Of a stretch of DNA of 64,000 nt, positions 36,605 to 47,810 are shown in pieces; position 1 is the first letter of the stretch, and each line of letters starts with the position of its first letter. The stretch comes from Hemiscyllium ocellatum. Its lineage: Eukaryota. The stretch covers positions 62,001-126,000 of the forward strand of contig NW_026867443.1 of the NCBI RefSeq assembly GCF_020745735.1, written 5' to 3'. Both the position numbers and the translations under genes were made by a program. The notes beneath the pieces were generated by a model, which was not told the DNA's origin, did no database searches, and saw nothing but the letters and a program-made list of their open reading frames with translations.

Positions 36605-37260
36605 ACATTTATGGAGATGTACAGCAGAGAAACAGACCCTTCAGTCCAAGTCATCCATCCTGACCAGATACCCTAAATTAATCTAGTCCCATTTGCCAGT
36701 ATGAGGCCCATGTCGCTCTCAACCCTTCCTATACATATACCCATCCAGATGGCTTTTTAAATATTGTAATCATACCAGCCTCCACCACTCCCTCTGGCAG
36801 CCCATTCCAAAAATGTACGACCCTCTGCATGAAAACGTTGCACCTTAGGTCCTTTTTAAATCTTTCCCCTGTCACCTTCAACCTATGCCCTCTAGTTCTG
36901 GACTCCCCCACTCTGAAGAAAAGATCTACTCTATTCACCGTATCTATATCCCTCATGATTTTATAAACCACTGTGTGGTCACCCCTCAGCCTCCAACAAT
37001 CCAGGGAAAATAGTCTCAGTCTATTCAGCTTCCTCCGATAGCTCAAACTCCCCAACCTTGGCAACACACTTAAAAAACTTTTCTGAAGCATTTTAAGTTT
37101 CACAATATTGTTCCTACAGCAGGGAGACCAGAATTACACACCATATTCCAAAAATGACCAATGTCTGGCACAACCACAACAGCTCCCAACTCCAATACTC
37201 AATGCGCTGCCCAATAAAGGAAACCATACCAAGTTACTTCATCACTCCCCTACCTACCTG
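36605..37260 (-). mobile_element. CR1 3' fragment, paralog of 8130-8800
   Basis: ORF 36729..37103. Confidence 0.88.
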
Positions 37261-38375
37261 CAACTCCACTTTCACGGAACTTTTTTTTTTGGTTGAACTG
37301 GGAGTCTTTCAGATGTGAAAGGTGCCATTCCATGGCACGGTTGGATGAAGAGCAGGCAGTTCCTTCTGGTGTACCTGGTCACTATTTATCCCCCCCAAAA
37401 AATCACTAAAAATCTATTTCTCTGCTAATTATCATACTGTGTTTGGGATCTCACTGCACAAAGTCTGCTGGAAAGAGCCATTGGGACATCCTGAGCTGGG
37501 GACAGGTGCTACACAAATGCAGGTCTTTCTTTAAGGTTAGAGTCTCTTGATCCTGAACCTCACCCATTGTCTGCGCACTCTCACCTTCCAGGAGGCATGG
37601 GGTCATTAGGAGCAGTGACCCTGCCTGACCCCAGGTCACTGAGGCTCTTTGCAGCCTCACCCTTGATCTCAGCCCAGTGGTGTGCAGCAAGGTTTGAAAT
37701 GTATTCAAGAGCATTCTACACAGACACGCCAATGTGACTCCTTCCCAAAGTGTTTGGATCCAAGTCTGCTCCAATGTTCTCGGATAAAGTTCTCCTCATC
37801 TGTGGGTAATCCAAGGTTTGTTAAAGAGGGATCGAGCTCCATCCCACTCTCCAGCTCTTGCTCCATAGCTCTGGATGTTTCGCTGTTCCAAGTGAATATC
37901 CAAGTGTTTTTTTCAATGTGATGAGGGTTTCTGCCTCTCCCAACCTTTCAGACAGTGAGTCCCAGATCCCATCAGCCTCTGGGTGAAAACAATTACTCCT
38001 CAATTCACCTCGAACCCTGTCCCCAATTCATTTCAATCTCTCCCCATGGTTATTGCCCTCTCTGCTGATGGAAATCAGTCCTTCCTACCAATTCTATCTT
38101 GGCCCTCATCAGTTTACACACCTTGATCAAATCTCCCCTCAGCCTTCTCTGTTCCAAAAAAAACAGTCCCAGCCAAACCAATCATTCCTCAAAACTAAAA
38201 CTCCCCATTCCTGACAAAATCCTCCACTGTCCCCATCACTAGGGGGGATCATATCCTTCCTGTAATGTGGTGACCAGAACTGTACATTGTTCTCTCACTG
38301 TGCTCTAACTGGGGTTTGATAAAGTTCCAGAATAAACAAATTTCTTGCTTTCACTCTCAACCAAAAATGAGATAA

Positions 38376-38720
38376 GGGAGGTGATGGTCTAATAGTATTA
38401 TTGTTGACCTGTTAATCCAGAGATCCAGATTAATGTTCTAGGGACCAGAGCAGAATCCTGCTGCAGCAGATGGTGGAATTTGAATTCAATTTAGAAAATC
38501 TGGAATTAAGGGTCTGATGATGACCATGAAACAATTGTTGATTGTCAGGAAAAAAAGCCATCTGATTCCCTAATGTCCTTTAGGGAAGGAAACTGCCATC
38601 CTTACCATGTGACACCAGACCCCCAGCAATGTGGTTGACTCTAAAATGCCCTCTGGAGATTAGGAATGGGCAATAAATGCTGCCAATCCAGCAATGCCCT
38701 CATTCCATCAAGGGAAAAAG
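38376..38720 (+). mobile_element. Deu-type SINE, paralog of 6700-7041
   Basis: GGGAGGTGATGGTCTAATAG...GCAATGTGGTTGACTCT. Confidence 0.7.
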
Positions 38721-40028
38721 AAAAACTGTTTATCCCATGTGTCTTCTGAACCACCTCACTGACCTGCATTCATTAATCACCATGGCCACATCTTCCACCT
38801 GCACACACATCTGACTTCCAGCCTCAAGATGACGACAGACATTCCTTCATTATCTGAGAAACAGACAGAAACATAAAACACAGGAGCAGCAGTAGGCCAT
38901 TCGGCCCCTCAAGCCTGCTCCACCATTCAATATGATCATGGCCGATCATCCAACACTGTCCCCTGTTCCTGCTTGCTCCCCACATTCTTTGAACTCATTA
39001 ATCTTAAGAACTGTATCTAATTCCTTCTTGAACACATACCGCATCTAATTCTCTCATGCTGGTAAATTGATGAGAAGTATTGAGTTGTTTTTTGACACAA
39101 TGTTCCGTTGGGCCTTTTGGGTCTCTCTGACTCTGACCCTATTATTATATATTATGAATAACTGGGTACCAAGGACTGATCCCTGTGGTACCCCAACTGG
39201 TAAATATCTGCCATTCAGAAAAAGACTCGCCCTTCCTGTCCTGTCTGCCAACCAGTTCTCAATCCATGTCAGTACCTGACCCCCATACTCTTGTTTGTTG
39301 GGATTTCTTTGATTCAGTTGGACACAGTTAATCTTGTCTTTGCCTTCCTCAGGTCCTGTTCAATGTCACCCCTGCATTTTCGATCCTCCTCTGGGCTTTC
39401 TGCAGATAACTCCAGATAACCAACATCACCTTCCCTGTTTAATCTTCCCTACTCTGGCTGCCTTTTGACATCCCAGGCTGAGATTCTAGATTTGGGAGTC
39501 CCACCCTTACTCATTGTGGGAAAAGATTCTGAACAATCTCTGTCTTTTCTTTTGAGGGATCCCACTGCCCTGGCATTGATTTCACATGATGGCATTGGTT
39601 CCAGTCCACTTTTACTAAATCATCGCACAGTTTAGTAAAATAGTTTATTCCCAAGTGAAAACGTTAACACTTGCTGCATGGTTCTCCATTTCCATCCATA
39701 CTCTCAATCTCACTGAGTTCTGATCACTGTCACTAAACTGCTCCCCCATTGAGAACCCTTCCAACTGCCCACATTCATTCCCTAAACAAGGGTCCAAACC
39801 TGTTCCTTGTCTTTCCCCATCACCTTCTCGGGGCAATTAAGGATGAGAAATAAATGCTGGCCCTGCTCGTGACACTCACTCCCAAGAAGCAATTTAAACA
39901 ACACCTGCTTTGTTCGTCAGGTTTGGTAGGTATTGGATACAAATGTTCTCACATTTTACCAGTGAATGTTCTGAGAGTTGAAGTTCCTTCAAATGACAGG
40001 GATTAAAATTGTTTCTCTTGTCTTTCTG

Positions 40029-40357
40029 GCCGTGAGAACTCTCAGCCCAAGCTGACCCTGCTGCCCCCCTCCCTGGAGCAGGTCAATGCCAAGGGCACTG
40101 CCACCCTGGTGTGCCTTGCCAATCACTTCTATCCCGATGAGCTGGAGGTGCAGTGGAAGAAGGACGGTGCAGTCATTTCGGACGGGGTTCAGACCAGCAA
40201 CTACCTGCGAGCTTCGGACAGCACCTACAGTGTCAGCAGCCTGCTGACCCTCTCTGGGTCTGACTGGGAGTCCAATACTTGCTTCTCCTGTGCCCTCATC
40301 CATGTGACCCTCCCCTCTCCCCTCAGCAAGACCATCAGGAGATCAGAATGTGTGTAG
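40029..40357 (+). pseudogene. IGKC: Ig light-chain C exon B: open frame but splice acceptor lost
   Basis: (S)RENSQPKLTLLPPSLEQVNAKGTATLVC...RRSECV*. The acceptor reads gtctttcTG (40027-28) where arm A has gtctttcAG. Confidence 0.92.
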
Positions 40358-41269
40358 AGTATTTGAGACTGTCCACAGAGGAGACACAACTTTAAATAGA
40401 ACAGGGCTGAGCTGGAAGGACAAAGGTCATTCTCAGCACTAAATGTCAACGCTCCTCCTTCTCAGGACTGGCCTAGGGGATACTTATGAGGTTCAGGAGT
40501 TAAGGCAGTTCATTGGAACAGCGTAGAGAGAGCTTTATCCTATGTAAAACCTCATGCTGTCCTTGTCCTGGGAATGTTTGACGGGTCAGGGTTGACTTGT
40601 GATGCTAGGTAAAATCTCTTGAAGATGCTGAAAAGTGCCAGCTGTACAAAACAATGTGAACCTCTGAAGTCTCTGCTTCAGTAAACCAGATCTCCTTCCT
40701 GCTCAGCCACCAGTTCCAATTCAAGGTTTTTATCACTGTTTAAAGGGACAGGATTCTCATGTTACTGAGAAAACCTCCTCAAGTGTTTTCCTCAAGCACC
40801 ATTGTGGCTGTGAATTTGAGCAGCTTCCTCTGTCTGGGCTGTTAATTTTAGTGTTTATTCTCCCAAAGCCAATCAAATCAGATTAAAGTTGAAGAAGATT
40901 CAGTCTCTGTTTCTGTGTGCTTTCGAAATGGACCACTCCCTTCAGCTGTTTGGATGCATTTCAGCATAGCACTATCACAATTGGCTAATTGGTCTGTCAA
41001 TCAGTAAGACTTTCGTTGTAGTATGGACTGACAGCTAATCATTAATCATTTTCATATGATCCCTTTGATCTCGAAACTGTGGAGGTTACAAGATTCCAAA
41101 TAAAACAGAAACTGAAAGTTGTTGGGACTCAGTAATTACAATCTGAGGCATTCCCTCTTCACTCTTTTGATCCAGGTAGAGTTGCTGGGATAGTACTGTG
41201 CGCTCTCTGCTGCATGCTGGATAGTACCTGTAATATTCTTAGGACAGTCACTGAGAATGGAGGCTGTGT

Positions 41270-41830
41270 GTCTCTCTGAGTGTGAGTGTGAGTGTGCGTG
41301 TATTACATAATGCTGCCTGAGGTGTCACTGTGAGTGTGGGTGTGTTATTCAGAGACACCGACATGCAGCGCTGAGTAACATGTTCACACTCAGAGAGACA
41401 CCTCCAGGCAGCATGGACTGTGAGCATGTTACTCAGTGCTCAGAGAGTGTGGTGATGGAAAAGCATAGCAGGTCAGTCAACATCCGAGGAGCAGGAGAAT
41501 CAATGCCTTCATCAGGAAAATTCCTTCGTCAGGAAAATTCCTTCATCAGGATGTCCAAAGCGTTGATTTTGCTGCTGCTCAGATGCTGCCTGACCTGCTG
41601 TGCTTTTCAAGTACCACACTCTCGACTCTAAGCTCCAGCATCTGCAGTCCTCACTTTTGTCTTGTTACTCAGTGCTGCCTGGCACTCTGAGTGTGTGTGT
41701 TACTCAGTGTTGCCTGTAGATATCTCTCTGAGTGTGTATGTTATTCTGTACTGCCTGTCAGTATCTCATTGAGTGTGAATGTGTTACTCTGTGCTGCCTG
41801 TAGGTGTCTCTGAGGTATTTGTCTCTGAGT
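41270..41830. repeat. ~40-bp degenerate minisatellite 3' of C (larger than in arm A)
   Basis: Repeated TGTTACTCAGTGCTGCCTG...TCTCTCTGAGTGTG units, with an internal inversion of orientation. Confidence 0.7.
41441..41662. mobile_element. Fold-back Penelope-derived mini-element, 14-bp apparent TSD, arm B only
   Basis: TGTTACTCAGTGCT at 41427-40 and 41663-76; inverted arms; loop holds three copies of CCTTC(A/G)TCAGG (the CTGATGA core on the minus strand). The TSD motif is also a satellite motif, which lowers certainty. Confidence 0.75.
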
Positions 41831-42485
41831 GATGGATAGAGAATGGGCTTTGTGATGGGAATTGAAGATTTGGCTTTAATCGTCTCAAATCATGAATGAA
41901 AAACAGTTCAGTCTGAAATGGCGCCTCAGTGAGAAGGCCAGAGTTAAAAATCACACAACACCAGGTTATAGTCCAACAAGTTTCTTTGGAAGTACACGCT
42001 TTCAGAGCTCCTTCATCAGGCAGCTAGTGGGGCAGGATCATAGTTGACAGAATTTACAGTGAAATTGAGATGGCAACTGAGAAAGGTGAATACTGAGAGT
42101 GCGTTCTCAGTAAGGGAGGGATTTCAGAGGCAGTGGGCACTGTGCTCCCTAATGTGTTAACTGATTACAAGAGGATTTTTTGGATCTGGGGTCATTGCAG
42201 TTGTGGCTGCCTGCCCAGCCAGTGCTGACTACCCATAGTCATATTTCAATGGTCAATTAGCTCGAAACTAGGTGCAGTAATATTACCTTACAGAGAGGGG
42301 AGCTGTCTGAACGAGGGTGGTTGAATTCTTGCAGCCCCAAGGGGGGTTGCAGTGGATTAATGAAGGGCTCTACCAACATGAAGGTGCCACCTTCTCTCCC
42401 CCTGCCTCAGCTGTGGTGACCCTTGGATTAAACTCACCACAATTTGGCTCTGTCTGTAATGAGTGAGTGGGACTATGCTCCTCTG

Positions 42486-42784
42486 GGATTAGATTAGATT
42501 AGATTACCTACAGTGTGGAAACAGGCCTTTCGGCCCAAACAATCCACACCAACCGTCCAAACAGAAACCCAACCCATTTCCCTCTGACTAATGCACCTAA
42601 CACTCTGGGCAATTTAGCATGGCCAATTCACCTGATTTGCACATCTTCGGACTGTGGGAGGAAACCAGGGCACCCGGAGGAAACCAAGGCAGACACAGGG
42701 AGAATGAGCAAACTCCACACAGACATTCACCCGAGGCTGGAATCGAACCTGGGAACCTGGCGCTGTGAGGCAGCAGTGCTAGCA
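42486..42784 (-). mobile_element. 5'-truncated HE1-like SINE with (TAATC)n tail, arm B only
   Basis: Arm A has the empty site CATCATCCC|AGAG near 3240. Confidence 0.85.
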
Positions 42785-43194
42785 GGGATGATGACCACGT
42801 TGCTGGGTGATGGAGGGAAGGTCAACCTCACCCAAAGGCAGCACAAGCTGGACTGAAGGGGTATCAAGAATAAGTATGAGGAGATTGAGGGTAACAGAAG
42901 GAGGGGGTTGGTTGGCAGGTTGTTATTCAGAGTCAGGTAACAGAGTATCAGTCCTTCTGACACTCCCCTTTTTATCTGTCAGCCAGGGCTCCGTGATTGG
43001 ACAAGGTTAAACCCCATCAGGGACTCATATTTAATCAGAAAAAAAATGAACACTTATCGAACAAGGAGTGAAAGAGCTAAAGGACACTGAACAATATGAA
43101 TGGTTTGAAAGATTCCTTTACAAACATCGCAAATGAGATTTGGGAAAGTAACTCTTTCACTCAGAGGGTGATGGGAATCTGGAATGGACTGTCA

Positions 43195-43530
43195 TTGAAT
43201 CCCTACAGTGTGGAAACAGGCCATTTGGTGCAACAAGTCCCGACCAATCCTCCGAAGAGAAATTCACCCGAGATCCACTCCCCTTGGCTATTTCCCCTGA
43301 CTAACACACCTAACTAACACATCCCTGAACACTATGGGCAATTTTAGAATGGCCAGTTCACCTAACCTGCACATCTTTGGATTGTGGGGAGGAAACTGGA
43401 GCATACAGAGGAAAAACACCCAGACACGGGGAGACTGTGCAAACTCCACACAGATACCCGGGGCTGGAATCGACCCGGGTCCCTAGTGCTGTGAGGCAGC
43501 AGTACTAACCACTGAGCCACCATGCCACCC
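43195..43530 (-). mobile_element. HE1-like SINE at the outer end of arm B
   Basis: GGGTGGCATGGTGGCTCAGTGGTTAG head on the minus strand. Confidence 0.85.
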
Positions 43531-43651
43531 ATAAAAAAGCCCAGAGAGTTGAGATTTCATTCAGCTCCAAGAGTCTGATGTGACACAAACTATAAACTCG
43601 CAACCCTCTGTCAGGGAAGATAGTGGAGGGTAGAGACTTTACAACCTTAGT

Positions 43652-43966
43652 GGGCGGCACGGTGGCACAGTGGTTAGCACTGCTGTCTCACAGCGCCTGA
43701 GACCCGGGTTCAATTCCCGATTCAGGCGACTGACTGTGTGGAGTTTGCACGTTCTCCCCGTGACTGCGTGGGTTTCCTCCGGGTGCTCCGGTTTCCTCCC
43801 ACAGTCCAAAGATGTGCTGGTCAGGTGAATTGGCCATGCTAAATTGCCCGTAGTGTTAGGTAGGGGTAAATATAGGGGTATGGGTGGGTTGCGCTTCGGT
43901 GGGTCGGTGTGGACTTGTTGGGCCGAAGGGCCTGTTTCCACACTGTAAGTAATCTAATCTAATCTA
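43652..43966 (+). mobile_element. Young full-length HE1-like SINE
   Basis: A box TGGCACAGTGG, B box GGTTCAATTCC, CpGs preserved, CR1-like 3' end and (TAATC)3 tail. Confidence 0.92.
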
Positions 43967-44819
43967 AAAAAAAAATCTTGAATATCATAACATTCATGGA
44001 TTTGGGACACCAGCACGATATTGGGATAAAAGTGCCTTCGGTTGTAATTATGTTCGTGCAGACTCAATGGGCCAAAATGCCTTTTCTATGCTGTATCTAT
44101 GCTGAGAGGGCTGTGCAGGTTAATGGTGACTACTATCGAAGGTGTCGAAGGTGGCAAATACATGATCAAGGGTCAGAGGAAATGGTTCAAGCTTCAGTGA
44201 AGGCCCAAGTAGGAGCTTGGAAGGAGGGTCAAGACTAATGGAGGCAAGGCCAATGGAGACTGAGCGAGGGCACAGCGTGCTGGCTGGCATCTCCAGGGGT
44301 TGTTGTGAGGAATATGGGGACAAGAGGGGAGTACAGTTTCAGATGAAATGCGACCTTTGCCAGCAGCATGACCTTCAGCACCAGGGGGTGTCCCTGACTG
44401 TGTCAGGCTCACTGACTGCTCTCTGTGTGATTCCACACAGCCACTCGTCTGGTCACCACGCAAAGTCTAGCACATGTTTATACTACTGGCTACAGCACAG
44501 TCTGCACCCAGCATCTGCATCTTCTGTCGATGCCACTGTCTATACACACCGTCTGCACCCTCCGTTTACACCCCATGTCCAAACCCACTGTCTACACCGT
44601 TGTCTGCACCCTCCATCTACACCTCCCATCTTTCTGCTGTTGTCAGATTGTATTCAATGATTCCATTGAGCTTACTGCAACAGAAGCCTGAATTTTAGAA
44701 CTGGCAATGACTGTCCTCTCACCCTGACCTTCAACGTCTGTCTTCCATGATGCGGTGATTAATATTAATGACTGAATGCCATTTGATTTCTGTGATGGCA
44801 GGACTGATGTATAAAGAGA

Positions 44820-45300
44820 GGTTGAGTTGGTGAGGATTGTGTTCATTGGAGTTTAGAAGAATGAAGGAAGGGAATCTTGTACAAAGGTATAAAATTGGAA
44901 CAGGACGAGACATGTTAGATGGAGGAAGGATGTTCCAAATGGTGGGGAAGACCAGAACCAGGGCTCATAGTTTAAGGTTAAGGGGTAAACTCTATAGGAT
45001 AGAGATGAGGAAAAATGTTTTCACCCAGGGAGTGGTGAGCCTGTGGAATTCTCTGTCACAGAAAGTTGTTGAGGCCAAAACATTATGTTTTCAAGAAGGG
45101 GGTAGAGATAGCTCTTGTGGCTGAAGATTCAAGGGATATGGGGTAGGGAGGGATTACAGTGTAGTGCTCGATGATCAGCCATGACCATAGATAGATTCTT
45201 GCTGACTGAAGGGATGAAACATTATCAGAGAATGTAGAATTGAGGTTAAAATCAGATCAGCCATAAGGGCCGAGTGGCCTACTTTTGTTCCTTGCCCATA
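44820..45300 (+). mobile_element. CR1 3' fragment
   Basis: SLEFRRMKEG...KNVFTQGVVSLWNSL. Confidence 0.8.
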
Positions 45301-45530
45301 TGTTGCCTCATACACTTTCACACAATCGAAGACTGTCATTTGTATATTCTACCTGCAGATTAAGCCGCATGTGCAATAGGCCTCATCTGTACAGTGTTTT
45401 GTCCAGCCTTTCACCATGATATAGTTAAGATAATGGTCCCATAATCAATCCATTAACTTTGTAAGTTAGTTTATTTAAAGCAAAAAAACACATTACAAGT
45501 CGTGAAGCAGACATTACAGCAAGCAAGAAT

Positions 45531-45852
45531 GGACTGCACTGAGGCTCAGTGGTCAGCACTGCTGTCCCACAGCGCCAGGGACCTAGGTTCGATTCCAGCC
45601 TCGGGCAACTGTCTGTTTGGAGTTTGCACATTCTCCCCGTGTCTGTGGGTTTCCTCTGGATGTTGCGGTTTCTTCCCACAGTCAAAGGATATGCAGGTTC
45701 GGTGAATTGGCCAAACTAAATTGTCCATGGTGTTCAGGGATGTGTGGGTTAGGTGCAGTAGTCAGGGAATATGTAGAGTAATGGGGTGGAGGAGTGGGAT
45801 GCTCTTTGGAGGGTCAGTGTGGAGGCCTATTTCCACACTGTAGGGATTCTGT
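45531..45852 (+). mobile_element. HE1-like SINE
   Basis: Family match to 43652. Confidence 0.85.
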
Positions 45853-46136
45853 GAATTGATCTTGGTCTGTGCAGCTTGCAGGCTGACAGATGACTGACTG
45901 GTGGGTAGAATTCAACACCGTACATACACAGGGTTGGATTTTCTTAAAGGTAATGTGTGCACACAGCACACAGCTACTGAACATCAAGGCAAGATAGTTA
46001 CATTCTCTCTTGTTGGAGACAGTCATTGCCTGGCAGCTGTGTGGCACAAATGTAACCTTATTCATGTTCCAAACCCACATCTCTATCAATAAAATGCTTT
46101 GGAACATCCTCAGGTAACAAAAAGTGCTATACATTT

Positions 46137-46465
46137 GGGGTGGCACGATGGCTCAGCAGTTGGCACTGCTGCCTCACACCGTCAGGGACCCGCCTCAGGC
46201 AAGTCTGTGTGGAGTTTTCACGTTCTCCCTGTATCTGTGTGAGCTTCCGCCAGGTACTCTGGCTTCCTCCCACGGTCCTAAAGATCTGCAGGCTGGTAAA
46301 TTGGCCATGCTAAATTGCCTACAGTGTCCAGGGATGAGCAGGCTATGTGGATTAGCCATTGGAAAATACAGGCATAGCATCTGGGTCTGGATGGAATGCT
46401 CTTCAGAGGGGTGGTGTGTACTCGATAGGCTGAATGACCTACTTCCACACTATATGGATTCTGTG
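46137..46465 (+). mobile_element. HE1-like SINE (diverged)
   Basis: Family match to 43652. Confidence 0.8.
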
Positions 46466-47009
46466 ATACAAATGAAAGTTACTTCTTTCCATTCTAGCCC
46501 TGTAGCATGCAAGTGGTTCTGTCTCATATCCACTCAAGATATGGCAACTCTTTGAAGAAAGGAGCAGCCTCTATTCTTTTGGAAATTACTTCTTCCAATC
46601 TGTGTCCTTCACAGCCTTGTAGACAGCAACAATGAGATCGGGAAATAACCCAAAGCTATAATCTTCTGGACTCTTCATTAAACTGTGGAACCTGAAAAGT
46701 ACAATTAATGTCCAAGTCAATGAAGATATTTCTCAGCAATCCTTAAATACTGAGGTTTAGTACTCAGCAGGCCCCAGGAGTCAAAATAACCGAGTAGATC
46801 ATTGCTCTGAATTGCTCATAGATGTTACCTTCACATTTCTGGAGGCTTTGATCAAAAAGGTTGCTTACTCCTCTCCAATATACAGCTTAAAATCAGCTCC
46901 AACTCCCAACCATCCAGCTGAGAGCGGAGCCCTGTACAAACTGGAACCTGGTCAGTGGGAGCACTGTCACCTCTGTCTCAGAAGCTTTGTCTATTTAAAC
47001 CAGTGTCTT

Positions 47010-47810
47010 AGTCAGAGAGTCATTCAGCACGGAAACAGACCCTTCGGTTCAACTCATCCATGCCAACCAGACATCCTAATCTAATTCCATTTGCCATGAT
47101 TTAGCCCTTATCCCTCTAAACCCTTCCCATTCATGGACCCATATAAATTGTACCAGCTTCCACCACTTCCCCTGGCAGCTCATTCCGTGCATGCACCATC
47201 CTCTGCATGAAAAGTTGCCCCTTAGTTCCCTTACAAATTCTTCCTCTATTACCTTAAACCTATATCCTCTAGTTTTGGACTGACATACCCTGGGAAACAG
47301 ACCTTGGATATTCACCTTATCGATGCCCCTCATGATTTTATAAACCTCCAGAAGTGCACCCCTCAACCTTCAACGCTGCAGGGAAAGTAGCCCCAATCTA
47401 TTCAGCCTCTCCCTGTAGCTCAAGCCCTCCAATCCCGGCAACATCCTTGCAAATCTTTTTTTGCCCCCTTTCAAGTTTAAGAACATTATTCTGATAGTAG
47501 GAAGACCAGAACTGAGCCTTGTATTCTCAAGGTGTCCTCACCAATGGTCACTTTGGTGGACAGCCAGAACATGACATCCCAACTCCTTTACTCAACGCAC
47601 AGACCAATAAAGGCAAGTGTACCAATCACCTTCGTCACTACCCTATCTATCCATTGCTTCACTTTCAAGGAACTGTGAGCCTGCACTCCAAGATTTCGTT
47701 GCTCAGCAACACTGTCCAGGAACCTGCCCTGATTTGCCTTCCCAAAAAGCAATGCCTTTCACTTACCTAAATTAAACTCCATCTCCCACTCCTTGTCCAT
47801 TGGCCCATCT
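47010..47810 (-). mobile_element. CR1 3' fragment
   Basis: RGALLEVYKIMRGIDKV... Confidence 0.82.

Larger units (their letters stand above)
27470..43530 (+). repeat. Arm B of the inverted segmental duplication
   Basis: Reverse complement of ~2540-20320, lacking the V-J intervening DNA and ~1.24 kb of CR1 (arm A ~13315-14555). Confidence 0.93.

Noticed and set aside
43652-43725. tRNA gene
   Set aside because: The A/B boxes are the head of an HE1-like SINE that continues into the SINE body and tail.
46500-46700. Acceptor-like site followed by protein-looking fragments on the minus strand (FHSLMKSPEDYSFGLFPDL.../EEVISKRIEAAPFFKELPYLEW)
   Set aside because: Stops in all frames, needs a frameshift, and matches no family I recognise.
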